DNA from: Sminthopsis crassicaudata
Taxonomy: Eukaryota
Length of the DNA stretch: 64,000 nucleotides
NCBI RefSeq assembly: GCF_048593235.1
Contig: NC_133618.1
Location: forward strand, 514,743,675 to 514,807,674
Reading direction: 5' to 3'
Shown here: piece by piece, positions 1 to 14,277 of the stretch
Position numbering within the stretch: the stretch's first letter is position 1
How the letters are laid out: the number at the start of each line of letters is the position of its first letter
The notes under the pieces: generated by a model
What the model was told of the DNA's origin: nothing
What the model saw: the letters and a program-made list of their open reading frames with translations, nothing else
The model's database searches: none
Program-made: the position numbers and the translations under genes

Positions 1-1124
1 CTCTTCATTTTCTGCTTTCTGAGGACTGAATTGGTAAGTCAAGGCCATAAATATTATATGCCAGATATTTTTTACTAAACTGGAAATACAGATAAAGGTA
101 AAAAGAAATTTGTTGCTATTAAAAAGTTCATGATCACCCAGAGAAGGAATTGATTGTGTCTGTATATAAATTGAAGTATTCCTCATTTCTCTATCTCTCT
201 CTTTATTTCTAATTTTTGAGGCTTTTTATTTTCATTAAGATGGGAGATTTATGTTTTCTTTCACAACTTGACTTTTATGGAAATGTTTTGTATAATTTTA
301 CGTGTGATTTCTTAATGTGGGGTAAGGGAGAGAAACTAGAACTCAAAAATCTTAAAAACAAATGCAAAAAAGTTTTGAATATAACTGGGGAAAATATTAA
401 ATTATTTTTTTTAAAAAAGAAACTGAGAAAATTTAACTCAATGAAGAAAGATTCAGATGACATTCAAGAGCTGTCTTCAAGTATTTCCATGTTATTGCAT
501 GGAAAAGGGACTAGACTCATTCTTTTTTGGCTCTGGGTGGCAAAACAGGGACTAATCAACTCTTCACCATCTCCAATTTATGATTTATTTATTTTCTAAT
601 ATGCTTTCAAAACTTTTTTTTTTTGAGTTTCAAATACTCTCCCTTCTAGTCCCTCTTCCATCTACTTGGTAGGCAGATAAGTCATGTATGTAAAATCATG
701 CAAAACATTTTCATATTAACCATATTGTAAAAAAAAGAATGATAAAGTGAGAAAATTATATTTCGATTTACATTCAGAATTCATCAATTCTTTCACTTGG
801 GGTAGATAGCATTTTTCATCATGAGTGGACAACCATGTATAGGGTAGGCTATAGGAGGATTCTTATTTAGGTATAACTATTGAGATCTCTTTTAATTCTT
901 AGAAATTCTTTCAAGAAATACTGTTATTAATGTAATCTTTTGACTCCTTATAATAATGTATATTGAAGTGTTAATGACTGATATTTTCTTATTTATGGTA
1001 CTTTATCTCCTTTCTCCTTCCCCTTTCCCTATCTTGGACTATTATCATTTTAACTTGAGAGTTGTGAAGATTGAAGATATTCAAATAAAAATTGGATTAC
1101 TACTTAAGGAAAAAAAAAAAAAAA

Positions 1125-1900
1125 AAGAGCTCATGGTCTAATGGGGCAGACCACATACAAACAACATTATACAAATAAAATAATCTGAATAAATTAGATA
1201 AATCATCAGAAAAAGTCACTAGGATTAAGGTGTTTAAGACTTCTGGTAGAAGGTAGGATTTTTTTAGCTGGAAATTGAAACAAGCCAGGAATTGTTTGAG
1301 GTAGAGATAAGGCGGGAGGGAATTCCAGGCACCTTGGAGAGTCAGTGAAAATACATGGGACTTGGGAAAAGACTTGGTCTTTTTTCAGGAGCAGCAGAGA
1401 CCAGTGTCAGTGGATCCCAGAGAATGTCAGAGGGAATAACGTATAAGAAGATTGGAAAGGGAGGAAGAGGCCGAGACGTGAAGGACTTTAAAAGTCAAAT
1501 AGAGGATTTTATAGTTCATCCTGGAGGCCATGGAAGTCACTTAGTTGACTTGAACCAGAGACTTGTATTTTAGGAAGATGGATCCCAGTGAAGAATGAAT
1601 TGGAATGGAGGGAAATTGATTGAGGGAGACCAACCAGAAGTCTATTGTAATGGTGCAAGAGGTGATGTGTTGAAGGCCTGCACCAAGATAGTAGCACTCT
1701 CAAAGTAGAAAAGGGCTTATATGAGAGAATTGTTGTGAAGGTAAAATCTATAGGACTTTAAATAATTTGCATATGATTTGTAAGACAGAGTGAGGAGACA
1801 AGAATGACTCCTAAGTGATGAGTCTATGTGATTGGGAGGATGGTGGTACAAGAGTAATAGGGATGTTCAGAAAGGGGAAAAAGACTGGTGTGAAAAATAA
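1125..1900 (-). mobile_element. L2 LINE fragment
   Basis: Purine-rich antisense L2 3' region. Confidence 0.6.
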
Positions 1901-1914
1901 AATAATGAATTTAT

Positions 1915-2850
1915 AGGCCTTGACCCACATCTAACACCAAATACCAATATAAGGTCAAAATAGGTTCATGATTTAAACATAGTGATATTATAAGCAAATT
2001 AGAATAACATAGTATAGTTTACCATTCAGATCTGTGGAGAAGGAAGGACTTTGTGATCAAAGAAGATCTAGAACTCATAATTGAACATCAGATAGATAAT
2101 TTTGATTATATTAAGGTAAAAAGTTTTTGTACAAACAAAACTAATGCAGATAAGATTAGAAGGGAAGCAATATATTGGGAAAACACTTTTATATTTAAGG
2201 ATTCTGATAAAGGCCTCATTTCTAAAATATATAAAGAATTGAACCAAATGTATAAGAATTCAAGCTGTTCTCTAGTTGATAAATGGTCAAAGGATATGAA
2301 CAGATAGTTTTCAGATGAAGAAATTAAAACCATCTCTAGTCATATGAAAAGGTGCTTTAAATCACTATTGATCAGAAAAATGCAAATTAAAACAACTCTG
2401 AGATACTACTATACAATTCTCAGATTGGCTACGATGACAGGAAAAGATAATAATGAATGTTAGAGGGGATATGTGAAAACTGGGACACTAATATATTGTT
2501 AGTGGAATTGTGAATGGATCCAGCCATTCTGAAGAGTAATTTGGTACTATACTCAAAAAGTTACCATACCCTTTGACCCAGCAGTGTTTCTACTGGGCTT
2601 ATATCCCAAAGAGATCTTAAAGGAGGGAAAGGGACCTGTATGTGCAAAAATGTTTGTGGCAGCCTTTTTTGTAGTGGTTAGAAACTGGAAACTGAGGGGA
2701 TGCCCATCAATTGGGGAATGGCTAATAAATTGTGGTATATGAATGTTATGGAATATTGTTATTCTGTAAGAAATGATCAGCAGGATGATTTTGGGGAGGC
2801 CTGGAGAGATTTTCAGGAACTGAAATGAGCAGAACTAGGAGATCATTGTG
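1915..2850 (+). mobile_element. L1 ORF2 3' fragment
   Basis: Frameshifted ORF2 peptides (IDNFDYIKVKSFCTNK, SDKGLISKIYKEL, CAKMFVAA). Confidence 0.85.
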
Positions 2851-4870
2851 TCTGAGATCAGGTGGAGAAATAACTTATGTGAATAAGTTGAGGTCCTGGG
2901 AGGCTAGGATGTTTGAAAGAGCATCATTATATATGCAAGTGACTTGCCTAAGGTTTTAGAGCTGAATGGTGGCCAAGCAAGGACTAGAACCTAAGTTTTC
3001 TGATTCGCAAACTGGTGTTCTTGATTCTTTATCACACTATCGTTTATGTCACCACCAAGCTTGTTCTAAATAAACCGCTCCCATCTAGTCCCAGTTCATT
3101 CCTGGTCCTGAAGAGTTCATGAGGACTAAGTTCTTTCCATTTTTGTCATGATGCAGAATTGACTGGGATCCTCTACAGTGACTCTAGGCCTAACCATTTT
3201 TGTATCTCTTTGGTAGTTTGATGAAGTCACAGACCGCTCAAAATAATTTTTTAAATGCATGGGATTATGAAGTTATATTGAAATATACTTTTTCTCTCTC
3301 CCTCCCTCCTTTCCTGTTTCCCTCCTTTCTTCCCTACCTCCTCCCTCACCTTGTCTGTCTCTCTCTGTCTATTTAAAAAGTTCAAGTTCATAGATTTTAG
3401 GTTAAGAAGCTCATGCATCTCTGGTAACCAAAAAAAACCCCATAGGACTCCATGTTTGGTTCTATCTTCCGAGTGGTTTTCCTGTACATTAATATTGCCT
3501 CCTTGACTTTGTTCTCCCCTCTCCGTGTCCCCCCCCAACCTCCTGTTCTCTGCTATATACTTTCTCCCCACTATTTCTTACGGTTCAAATTATGGTTGAA
3601 TGGAAAAACTCCCTCAAAAACAAGCTGGGCTCTGCCTTAGTGTGCCTGGACAGGTATTGCCTGCCTGCTGGCAAGCCTGGGCCACTTTGAATGAATGATC
3701 TGGGAGGAAGCTAAGGCAGAACTTCAGAGAAATGAGGAAGACCTACAGGGAAAGTAGCTCATTCAGAATCCTGGAGGAAAAGTCAAGGAGACCAAGACGT
3801 AGGGATCTAGCAAAGTGAAATGGAGCTGAAGAACCAGAAAAACTCCCTCAATCAGATCACGGAGCTGAGACAGAAGGTGCTTGACAGCTTCCTGGCAACT
3901 TTGATGATGTTACCCAGAAACCAGAAATTTCAGTTGCCCTCTAGCCCATAATAGAAATTCTTTGCTCCTAGTGAGAGATAGAGTCCTAGAGGAAGTGGAG
4001 GAGAACGTCTCAGAGCAGAGAATGTTCAGGGTAGGAGAAGAGGAGGATTAAGGAGCAGCCTCCAGAGAAAGTTCTTTGCCTTGAGCTTGGGGGATGAGTT
4101 CTGGGGACAGGGTCCTACAGAGGGGACTTGGACAAATAATCCCATTTTAGAAGGGGGAGATGAAGTCCTGGGGTAAACTCTTGAGTTCTACAACTATTCT
4201 CTTATACTCCCTCTAACCCAATACCACTGGCAGCTGGGCATGGCAGGCCACACCCAAGGGGGGGATTAGAGGGAGGAGCAGCAGGAGATTGCTTTAATCC
4301 CACTAGGGTGAGTGATTGGGAGAGGTCAGATAGACTGGACACTGGGAGAAAGACTCCATCTTAAAGGTGTGGTAGGGGGAGGGAAGGGAGAGGAAGAGAC
4401 ACATCCTGGCACGGTGTTAGGATGCTGAGGAGATTTTCTAGGATTAGTAACTGGAGAACTGGCATTTGTGGCAGGGTCCTTGGGGCACAGTGACTCAGGA
4501 TGGAGCCCTGAACTACCTAGAGAAGTGGGGGGGGGGTATGTGGAGGATGGGTGGGGATTGATCTAGGCAAATGACTAAAGACTATGTGGGAGAAATAATT
4601 TTCATTAGGCAGTGGAGCATGGATCAAAGAAGATTTTCTGGGAGTGTTGACACCTGAACTTGAAGAGAGGATTTTTTTTTGAGAAAGAGAACAGAATCCA
4701 TTCTAGGTATTGAGAGACAACCAGTACAAATAAATGCTGAGAAGTGGGAAAAGGTAGGTTGGGACTAAGGAGTAGCTTGTACTCTACTAGTACTAACTGG
4801 AATACAAAATGCATTAAAAGGATTAATGTGAATAAAGTTTGTGAAACCCTTATGTAAAAAGCAGGTTGCA

Positions 4871-5039
4871 GAGGGCAGCTGGGTGGCACAGTGGGTAGAG
4901 CACCCTCCCTGAAGTCAGGAGGACCTGAGTTCAACCTCAGACACTTAATACTTCCTAGCTGTGTGACCCTAGACACTTAACCCCAATTGCCTCAGCAAAA
5001 AAAAACCCCAAAAAACCAAAAACAAACAAACAAAAAAAA
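4871..5039 (+). mobile_element. tRNA-derived marsupial CORE-SINE (WSINE1-like)
   Basis: GGGCAGCTGGGTGGCACAGTGG...GAGTTCAA...AACCCCAATTGCCTCAGC followed by an A-rich tail. Diverged TSD AAAAAGCAGGTTGCA / AAAAAACAGGTGGCA. Confidence 0.85.
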
Positions 5040-6689
5040 CAGGTGGCAACTAGACTAAGGGGATCTTCAGTGCTATGGTGAGGAAATTATATTTGATACT
5101 GAAGACAATAGGGAGCCTCTGAAGGTTTTGAGCGGCAGAGATGATGTGCTTATTCTTGAATATTTAGAAAATCACTTTTGCAGCATTTTCTAGGATGGAT
5201 TAGAGAGGGGAAAGATTGGAGATAGGGGAGGCTATAATAATGTAATGAAGGTCTGAACTGAGCTGATATGATGTGACTCCAGGGATGGAAACTAGTGAGC
5301 CAGATGTGGGGGAGAAAGAATTCCTGGAACTTCAGGACAAACAAGAAAGAAAGGTCAAAGTTTACTCCAAGGTTTTGAGTCACTGTCTTTATCAAAAATC
5401 TGTTCTCAGTATTCCCAATTTTGAACTATTTCCTGCCCCAGACAGAAATGTCAGCTAGCAGATTCAGCCCAAGATTGTGTCAGTATAAAGCCAAAACCTG
5501 ATTCACTTTTGTTCCTCTTGATCCTTGATTCTTCAGCTCTCAGGGGCCACTCTTTTGTAATCTTTCTGACTCTGTGAATGACATCATCATTCCTCACCTG
5601 CTCACTTTCTACCACCCAAGACTCATCTGTTTCATTTCCTCCCCAACCACTTCCTTTAGCCTCCATTTTGGCACTCTTCCATTTCTCAGACTTCCCTAAC
5701 AGTTGTAGATAGAGCACCTGGAATTTATACTTGCTCTTCCCTGGCAACACAAGACACAAATAACCTCTCTAAGTCAATGGACCAAAAGTGATTCACAGCC
5801 GAGTATGGGAGAGGGAGGCAGGCAGAGAGGGAAGGACCCTGGCCCTTTTAATTCCTGACCTCGCTCAGATTAGACAGGTACAAGTCTAAAGTGGGGTCAG
5901 AGCTGCTTGCTGGGGATACTTCTTACCATATAATGTGAGTGGTGGAACCACATGACTCCCAAATGCCCCTCCAACTCTTAAGATTCTGAGATTCCTTGTA
6001 AAAGTCATTGTTTGGTCCTACTGAGTCAGCCATAACTTGATGTAATAGTACTGGTTCCTTTGGAAAACCCGTTACTACATAAGTAGATTTGCTTAGCTTT
6101 GGGAGGGGAAAAAGGGACTCCATAGAATAAAGTTGCACAGACAGCGAACTTTTTGCCAGCTCTCCCCCCAGTCTCCTGGTTTGCTTTTAATTTATCATCA
6201 TTGGTCTCATTTGTCAGAAGTGATGCATCACTTTCCCTATCTCCTCTGTTCCCTCTACTAGGTCTTTGAGTAAGTCTGTTCTTCCCTCTACCAATGTATG
6301 GGTCCAGTTCAGGTCAGACAAACATTCAATCACTTTTAGTAGGTATATGCAGGAAAGCGATGTAGACATTGGGTGACTCCAGAGACATATGTATGAATGG
6401 ATGCATGCTTGTGTGGGGAGCAGAGTAGGACAAGTGGAGAAGTGGGGAAAGGAAATAGAACATAGGGAGATATGTTGGGTACTTCAGTTATACTACCTAG
6501 ATGAGTTGGACTGTATCTTCATCTTATCTGAGCTGGATGATTGGGCAAAGAAAAGCAAGACTTCTCTTGAGGTGGGGCTGTTAAAATAACTGTTTTAGCA
6601 AAAAATTGGAGAGGGGAATGGATATTATGTAATTAAAGAAAAAGATAATAGTCTGCTTCTATCAGATTCTTATTACACTTATAAAACTA

Positions 6690-6915
6690 AAAGCTTATCT
6701 TCTCCAGGAAATCTCTTAATTCTAAGGCCTCCCCACAATTATTTCCCTTTTATCCCATATAGAGCTACTTGCTTTGTATATATCTGTGTGCAAGTTGTCT
6801 CCACAATAGATTATAAGCTCCTTGAGGGCAGGGATAGTATTTTGCCTCTTTTAATATCCCCAGTCCTTAGAACAGTGCCTGGCACATCGTAGATGCTTAA
6901 AAATGGTTATGGACT
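6690..6915 (+). mobile_element. L2 3' end
   Basis: ATTATAAGCTCCTTGAGGGCAGGGA...ACAGTGCCTGGCACATCGTAGATGCTTAA. Confidence 0.75.
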
Positions 6916-7689
6916 GATCAACTGTGAACTATTAAATTCTATAGAGAAAGACAGTCTAGTATAATATAGTGGATGAGGACCAATCAAAGTTAGGAGAACA
7001 AGAGTTCAATTGCCACCTTTGTCATATTGCAGCTGTGAAACTCTAGGCAAGTCACTTTTCATTGAGCCAGAAATCTTTATAAGCCTCTAACATACAGAAA
7101 AGATGACAACCTGCAATTGATAAAGGGAGTTTTCTTACCAAGGAGTTCTCTATATGTGAATGACATTAAAATATCATGTCTAATCCTATCCCATTGGAAT
7201 CTGTTCCACACCAATTAGTGCTTGATTATCTAACGTTTTATAACATTTTCCTGCAATTCTATGTGTATTGATCATGTTAGCCATTGTTAATTGATTCTAA
7301 ACTTCTTGAGAGCAGGAACTGTATTCCAGATCATAATAAATTTAATTCAAGTCCCCAAATGTTTCTTGTGTGAGACATGAAGTTTTTCTGCACAGCCCTT
7401 AAAGATATACAGTTAGAATCAGTCAGTTGAAGAAAAGAAGGAGAACATATTGTCCTTAAAAATCCACTGATTGAGGAGAAAGAAGAGATGGATTTGAATT
7501 TTAGTTCACTTGTTTGGAGCTTAGTTTCTTCATCTGTAAAATGAGTTCATTGGGCAAGGTTTATAAGACCTTTCTAGCTCCAAATCATGTGATAATCTGT
7601 TTGCTAAGTGTACTAGGTCAGGCAGTGTACAAACTTTAAGATAAAGTTCCTATTTCTATAACAAATGTGAACTGCCACGGCCTAGTATT

Positions 7690-7960
7690 AAATTCTTGTT
7701 GACCAATGAAAAACAAGAGAATAACATCAGATTGGCAATGATTAAAAAGTGGAAATGGTGCCAAAAAGGTCTTGGAAAGGTAGTATGCTATTTGTGTAAT
7801 TGTGAATTGCTCCAAACATTCTGGGAAGCAATTTGTAACTATGGCTTCAAAGTGACTGCCATGTCCCTATCTTATAGATGCAAAGATCCCATTAGTGGCT
7901 ATATAATCTAAATAGGCCAAAGGTAGAAACAAGGTTTCCATGTCTACCAAAATATGCATC
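7690..7960 (+). mobile_element. Old L1 ORF2 fragment
   Basis: Degenerate ORF2 C-terminal similarity. Confidence 0.55.
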
Positions 7961-8754
7961 AGATAATCATCTTTCTGGCCATGGAATAGCTGATGGAAGA
8001 ATTGCTCCCTTGCTTAGGACTTTGTAACCTGGCTTCTAGTCCAGTTGACTGCTAGGCTGGGTCAAGCAGATCAGTGCTCCGAGCTGATTCCTCACTGAGC
8101 TTTGTGAATAGGACAGTCTGCTTCAGAATCCAGGTTCTGGACCTCTGGTGATTCTTATGACCTTTGAAAACTCACAAGATTGCCGCCTATTCTATTCTTT
8201 CTCTGACTCTCATTCCACCTAACATAGGAAGAGGAAACAAAAGACAAAAGAAACAGCAGCACCAGGAGTTTATAGCTATTATGGAGTAAGATGGATTCCC
8301 TTACCTCCTCCAACCCAGAGATTTACAGTGCTGCTTCTTTCTTCCTCAATACATATCAGGGAGAAAAAGAGATTTTTGTCTGTTTGTGCTTTTTGCATAT
8401 TGACTCAACAGCCAGTTAAAAGGTTTTTCATCATTATGCAGTAATGTATAGGAAACAGTTCTGAATCAGGAAAGAGGCCCTTCTTTTGTCAATCATCATG
8501 AATTTCTGGAAGCAAACTCATTAGTTCTTATATAGTATATGCTCCAAGGGCTGGCTCCTCATTGACTAGTCCCTTAATTAATACCAGTATGGTTTTAAAC
8601 TTTAATAGCTCTTGTTAAAAATTCCAAATCCAAAATGCACTAAGACTTTTTGGATACTGTTCAATAATAGAGTCTTTGATTTGTAAGGAATTCCAGAGAC
8701 TATCTGGCCCAATAAGAATCCTATCTCCAATATTTTTATGATAAAAAGGAAGGA

Positions 8755-9010
8755 AAGTAGTATTTATTAAGTACTTACTATGTGTGGGGCATTAGACTAA
8801 GCACTTTACAAATATTTTCTCATTTGATCCTCACAACAACCTTGCATGGAAGGTACTATTATTATTTCTATTTTATGGTTGAAGAAACTGTAGTCTGGTA
8901 GAGATTAAGTGATTTATTCCGGGTCACGTAGTTCCATGTCTGAGGCTGGATGTCAGCTCAGATCTTTCTGACTGCAGGCCCAGCTTCAGTCAGTGCTTCA
9001 CAGCTTCCTC
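8755..9010 (-). mobile_element. MIR-family SINE
   Basis: Antisense MIR consensus (ATTTATTAAGTACTTACTATGTG...CTCATTTGATCCTCACAACAAC). Confidence 0.75.
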
Positions 9011-9939
9011 CTATATGATAAGAGGAACAATACATACCAGAATTTCCCCCCTCCTTACTCTTAACTGAGGTTAGTTTTCCCTAAAAGGAGATAAAGCTGT
9101 TCCTGGAATCTAATTAGTCCCATCTTCCTTGAGCACAAAGCATTCTAGTCGCAGGGAGTCAGTGTCCCTCAGACTGAGTAAAACCTGAAGACCTCATGAG
9201 TCACTATACCTGTTAAGCAAACATATTTCTATAATGAGGTGGGAAAGTGGTCAAGGACTTATTGTATCCTTGTTGCATATTCCTGTAAGTTAGGACTAAA
9301 TAAATATATTTCCTTTTTAATTGTTCATTGACTTTTAAATGTCTCCTTTCCTTCCAAAAGTGAACCTGAATTATTACAGGGTGCTGGGATTGTCCTTCCC
9401 ACACTTCCCAACAGCTAGTCATCTTACTTTTGTTTAAAAATGATAGGAACCAACATTATGTAACACCTTAAATATATTATCTCATTTGATCCCACTACCC
9501 TCGGGAAGCTCACTCAATTTGGATAATTTAAATTGGCAAAACATCCTTATATCAAGTAGAAATCTTATTCCTCTCCTACTTAGAATAATAGTAGCATTGA
9601 ATTTATCACTATTGTTGAAGGAATCTTCGAAGGCATCTAATTTACCTTCTTTCCCCAGTTTACAATGGTCAAACCAAACTCTAGAGATTAAATGATGTTC
9701 CAAATCTTATATTAATCTGTAAATAGCAAAGCTGAGAACTGAACCCAGGCCAACTCCAAATCCAGTACTTTTCCCCCAGTTTTTCTTTCTTTATCATTGT
9801 TCCTTATTCTATTCTGTGGGGCCAAAAAATAATAATTTTTTAAGTGTCTGATGGTAGCTAGTATATCCCACTCCAACCCCTCCAAGTCTTTAAGAAAATA
9901 GGCCCATTTTCTTCAACCAATCTTAATAAGGCAAAATGG

Positions 9940-10284
9940 TTTTTAGTTTCTCACCATGCTGGGCATATTTTTCTAGATAAAAGCTTCTAAAATTGTGTCA
10001 AATAAATGAATGTGAGGGTTGAGAAAAATTTGACAACAGTAAAAGGTATCAAATATTCCACCAAGATTTAATTCTATAAGTAAAAATAAACAAGTACATC
10101 TATCTTATTAGTATGCAAATTTCCTTTCAGCTTTAATAAGTGGTAAAATTATATGTATGTCAAAAATTGTGTTGAAATAAAATTTTTTATTATCAGTAAA
10201 TGTTTGATTTGTAAATCTATTTTATATTTCTGTATAGCCAGGGTTGTGTAAAAATTTCTTAGGTGAGATGTTTAAGAAGCCATG
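9940..10284. mobile_element. hAT/Charlie DNA transposon terminal fragment
   Basis: Transposase-end-like TCAAATATTCCACCAAGATTTAATTC...AAACAAGTACATCTATCTTATTAG, TIR TTTAAGAAGCCATG, followed by CTCTAGAT (Charlie NTCTAGAN target). Confidence 0.65.
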
Positions 10285-10539
10285 CTCTAGATGATTATTT
10301 TCATTCTGAAAATCTAGTATCCAAAACAGTACTCAATACTCTTGATGTATCTGAACAGATGGATAATCATCTCCTTTGTGTGTATAATATAAGTTTATTA
10401 ATATAACCCAAGATCAAATTAGCTTTTTTTGTTTGTCAAGGCACTTTTAGTCTTCTAAAGTACTCATTTCTCATTCACATGAGCTGTTTTCTCGTCATGA
10501 TTTCCTATTATCTCAATTTTTATTCAGGTACAGTTGGTG

Positions 10540-11160
10540 TCAGGTTTTACATTCAGTCAGTCAGTCAATAAGCATTTTTGGGAAGGGATAGGGAGGCAAT
10601 TGGGGTTAAGTAACTTGTCCAGGATCACATAGCTAATGAGTATCTGAGGTCAGATTTGAACTCAGGTACTCCCAACTCTAAGACCAGTGCTCCATCTGCT
10701 GAGCCACCCAGCTGCCCCTACTACAAAGTGCTTACTATGTTTTAGTTAATGTACTAAGCTTTGGAGATACAAAGAAGGCAGAAGACAATTTCTGCTCTCA
10801 ATCTAAGTCTAAGTGAGGGGAAGGAGATGACATGCCCACAAATATGTACAGACAAGATGTATGCTGGACAAAATGGAGATAAACAGTAGAGGGGAGGCCC
10901 CTACATTAAGGGGAACTGGGAAAAGCTTCTTGCAGAATGTGGGACTTCAGCTGAGATTTGAAGAAGCCAGGAGGTAGAACTGAAGAAGGAGAGAGTTCCA
11001 GGAATGGGTCATAGCAAGTCACATTTCTTGAAGGTGGGAATTTGGAAGTGTCTACAGTGAAGAATAGCAATGAGACCAGTGTCATTCAATCTCTGAATTC
11101 ATAGATCTGAGCGTGTCTCAATGTAAGATGGGCTGGAAAGGTATTGGAAAAACAGGCAAA
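10540..11160 (-). mobile_element. L2 3' region (interrupted by a SINE)
   Basis: CAGTCAGTCAATAAGCATTT...TGCTTACTATGT tail in antisense. Confidence 0.65.
10575..10718 (-). mobile_element. WSINE1-like SINE inserted in an L2
   Basis: Reverse complement of the same SINE head and core. Confidence 0.8.
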
Positions 11161-11374
11161 TGGAAGTTTGAGGGGAGAAGAAATATACCCCCAAAGAATT
11201 TTGGATAATAATTCATGGGAACGAGGTAAGAGATCCTGAACTGGAAGAAAGGATTAAGCTCAGAGCTCAGTTTCCTATCATTCAATGTGTCTTACTGTAG
11301 AGAGGTCTAAATAATCTCTTTTGTTCCAGCTCTTTAGCCTCTCCCACTTACAATATGCTTTTTTTCCCCCCTAA

Positions 11375-14209
11375 TGATGGGATATGGTAGTTCAGAAGCA
11401 CTGAACTCCCCCAAATATATTGGAGTTTCAGGACCTCTCAAATATTAGGGAGTTGGACCCCAAACCAGAGGCCAGTGTCACAAGAGATCTCAAAAGGATT
11501 TATAGGCAAATCAAGAGGCAAAGATTTTATTACACTGTTGACAACAGGCTAATTTCCATATAGGACTTTTTAGTGCTTAACAAGGGGAAAGACTCCATAA
11601 CAGAGTAAAAAAATTGCCATAAGGCAGGCAAAGCTCCTAGAGAACTTGTTACCATAAGGCATAGTTCCTAATGAACCCAGAGAGAAAGGAGTGCTCAGGT
11701 CTGTGCAAGCAACATAATGTTTAAAAGTGTTAAGCATTGGGTAGAGAGGATGACAGGTAGAGGAGATGATTCTTTTCAGTCTTTCAAGGGAAGATTTTTA
11801 TTAGTAAATAATAACAATAAGTAATGATAATAATAAATAGTAAATAATCAACTAGTAAGTTTGTCAACAAAAACCTAAAAGCAGTTTGAATCCCCTGCAA
11901 GGGGGCATATGTGTGAAATCTATCAGCCATTACTCTTCTAAGCATGTACCCCTCCTCTGGACAGGCTTATGGAAGAGGGAGATGACCAGTCCATTCAGGG
12001 GGCAGGCCCAGCAGACCTGTTTATAATTATTTCTCTTAGTTTGGAACCAGGGAAGGGCACAAATCACAAAGGATTGGAGAATATTTTTTCCCAAGTGAGT
12101 AGCTTGATGTAGGCCAAAGAGAAGTTTCCACTAGCTGGCCTGGGATTAGAAGTAGGCCTGAAGGTGTTTGAAACCACCCAGAAGGAGAAAGGGTATATAC
12201 TCCCTTGTTCCTGGGAGCTTTGAGGGAGTTCAGAAATTGGAGAATAAAAGGTATTAAGGGACCAATTACCCCAGAGCCTCCACAGCTGTGGATCATAACA
12301 TCGGAAGGAGCTGCAGGGCAGCCTTTGCAGACATAGGTGTTGTGGACTGGGAATGAGATAAATTGGAGGCAGAGGGAAGAGGAGGTAGGTCAGACAACAC
12401 AACAGCCTCTCAGTCTCCTTGTATCATCCTCTCACACCAAGAGATGCATTCTGCAGGTCTGGGTTGGATCTCCAGCAGCCACAGGCAGGTGGCTCCTGTG
12501 TATTCAATAAAAAGCAACATGGTCAGGGACAAACAGGGAGCAGCAGGGGTGGCTGAATCTTGGCCTGAAGTGAATCCCACTTCTAGTGTCCTTTACAAAA
12601 CATAAGAGAAACCTTTCTAGGTCCAAGGAAAGTTTGCATTAATTGTAGAATTTCCTCTGCATACTTAATGGGGGAAAATTGTGTTTTTTGGTAGTCAAAA
12701 GTCCCCCTTTCTTTCTATCTAGCTCCATGAGTATGCAAAACATGAAAGGCATATTTGGAGTGAGTATAGATGTTCACTCTCATTCCCCAATTCTAAAACT
12801 CTGTGAGGGCAAAAATGCTCTGAACCTGGTGGGGAATTGGAACCTCCAATGGTTGGCCTAGGGTGAGCTTCGTCCATTAGAAGAGTTGTGACAGCTATTG
12901 CTCTAAGGCAGGAGGATGACCCCAAAGACACTAAGCTTCTTTGAGAAGTAAGCAATGGGTCTGGGATCGGATCCCAGAGACTGAGTCAAGACTTCTAGGA
13001 GCTGGCCCCACCTTCAACAATCATAGAGTGAAAGGCTTTAGGTAGGGCTAAGGTGGGGCAGAGAACAATTTAGCTTTCTAGCCTTAAAAGCCTTAACCTG
13101 ATCAGGGCCCATTCAAGGCCAATTGTGTCAGGGCCTTTCATAGAATCAGAGGGATTTGGCAATAACCAAAGTTAGGTCCAGAGTCTACTAAATGCGGCCA
13201 TGCCCAGGAAGGGACGCAGCTGTTTGTTAGAGGCAGGCTCTGGGAGTGATAAAATTGTCTGCTTTCTCGCTGCTGTGTGCAAATGTGAGGTAGGAGTTAA
13301 TTCATGGACCAAAATACTTAGAGATTGACAGGCATTGTAGGCTTTAGATAAAGAACCTTTATATCCCCTGTAGGCCGGGAAGTTAAGGGTTTTTATGGCA
13401 GCAGCCAGAGAAGCCTCTGGAATTGGGCTGCATATCAAGATATCATCCACAAAGTGGTTAAAGCTGTTATCAAAGCAGCTCTAACTCTCTCAAATCTGAA
13501 GCCAGTGCTTGTCCAAATATGTGTGGTCTGTCTAGTCCCAAGCTGTTGTAGCTTTGGAAGTTCTTAGGGAGGGCAGAACAGAATCTATAGCTAAATGAAT
13601 AGGAGTCTCATAATTTACTTACATCTCCAATTTTAAGATACACATCACTTTAGAAGTTATCGACTTAACTTTATTAGTTTATGGGATTTCCTAAATTTTA
13701 ATTAAATGTCTCAGACAAACTGAATTGCCATTAGGTTATTTTCCAATTCATACAAACCATTTCTCTTTTGTGAGCCAGGAGAGGATTACATTGCCAGTTT
13801 TTAATGACCGGGCCCCTCACAGGTCCTTCTTTCGAAAACTCAATAGCAGGCTATTTGTTGTCAGAGTTTTTAAAGTAATAGCAAACTGCCTTTCTGTTTT
13901 CCTAACGTTCCCAAACTCTTAAATCTTTTGTTAACACTGTTAGTGCAAAAGATTACAATTTACACATCCCTTTAGTGGGCTTTGATTAGAACTTCTTTAA
14001 AACTGCTTTTATTATCCTATCTCAAATAACAGATTTCACTGAACTGGGTATATTTTCTATCTCTCCCTCTCTTCCCTTTATCCAAGTGTCCCTGCTGCAG
14101 TCAGGGAAAGAGGGAAGGAGAAAGAAAGAGAAAGAGACTCCCTTTCCTCTATGACTATCTTCCTAGTCCTGGGGAGGCCTTAATTTAGTTGAATTTGCTT
14201 CTAAATTAC

Positions 14210-14277
<68 letters not shown>

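Noticed and set aside
216-860. 127-aa ORF at the window start
   Set aside because: It overlaps AT-rich L1 3'UTR-like fragments in both orientations and has no coding signature.
6015-6032. MARE/AP-1-like TACTGAGTCAGCC in the intergenic region
   Set aside because: A single short motif with no nearby promoter or conservation evidence.
8330-8400. Possible 40-nt minus-strand exon (ag/GAAGAAAG...GGAG/gtaagg)
   Set aside because: Isolated splice-like signals with no partner exons or ORF support.
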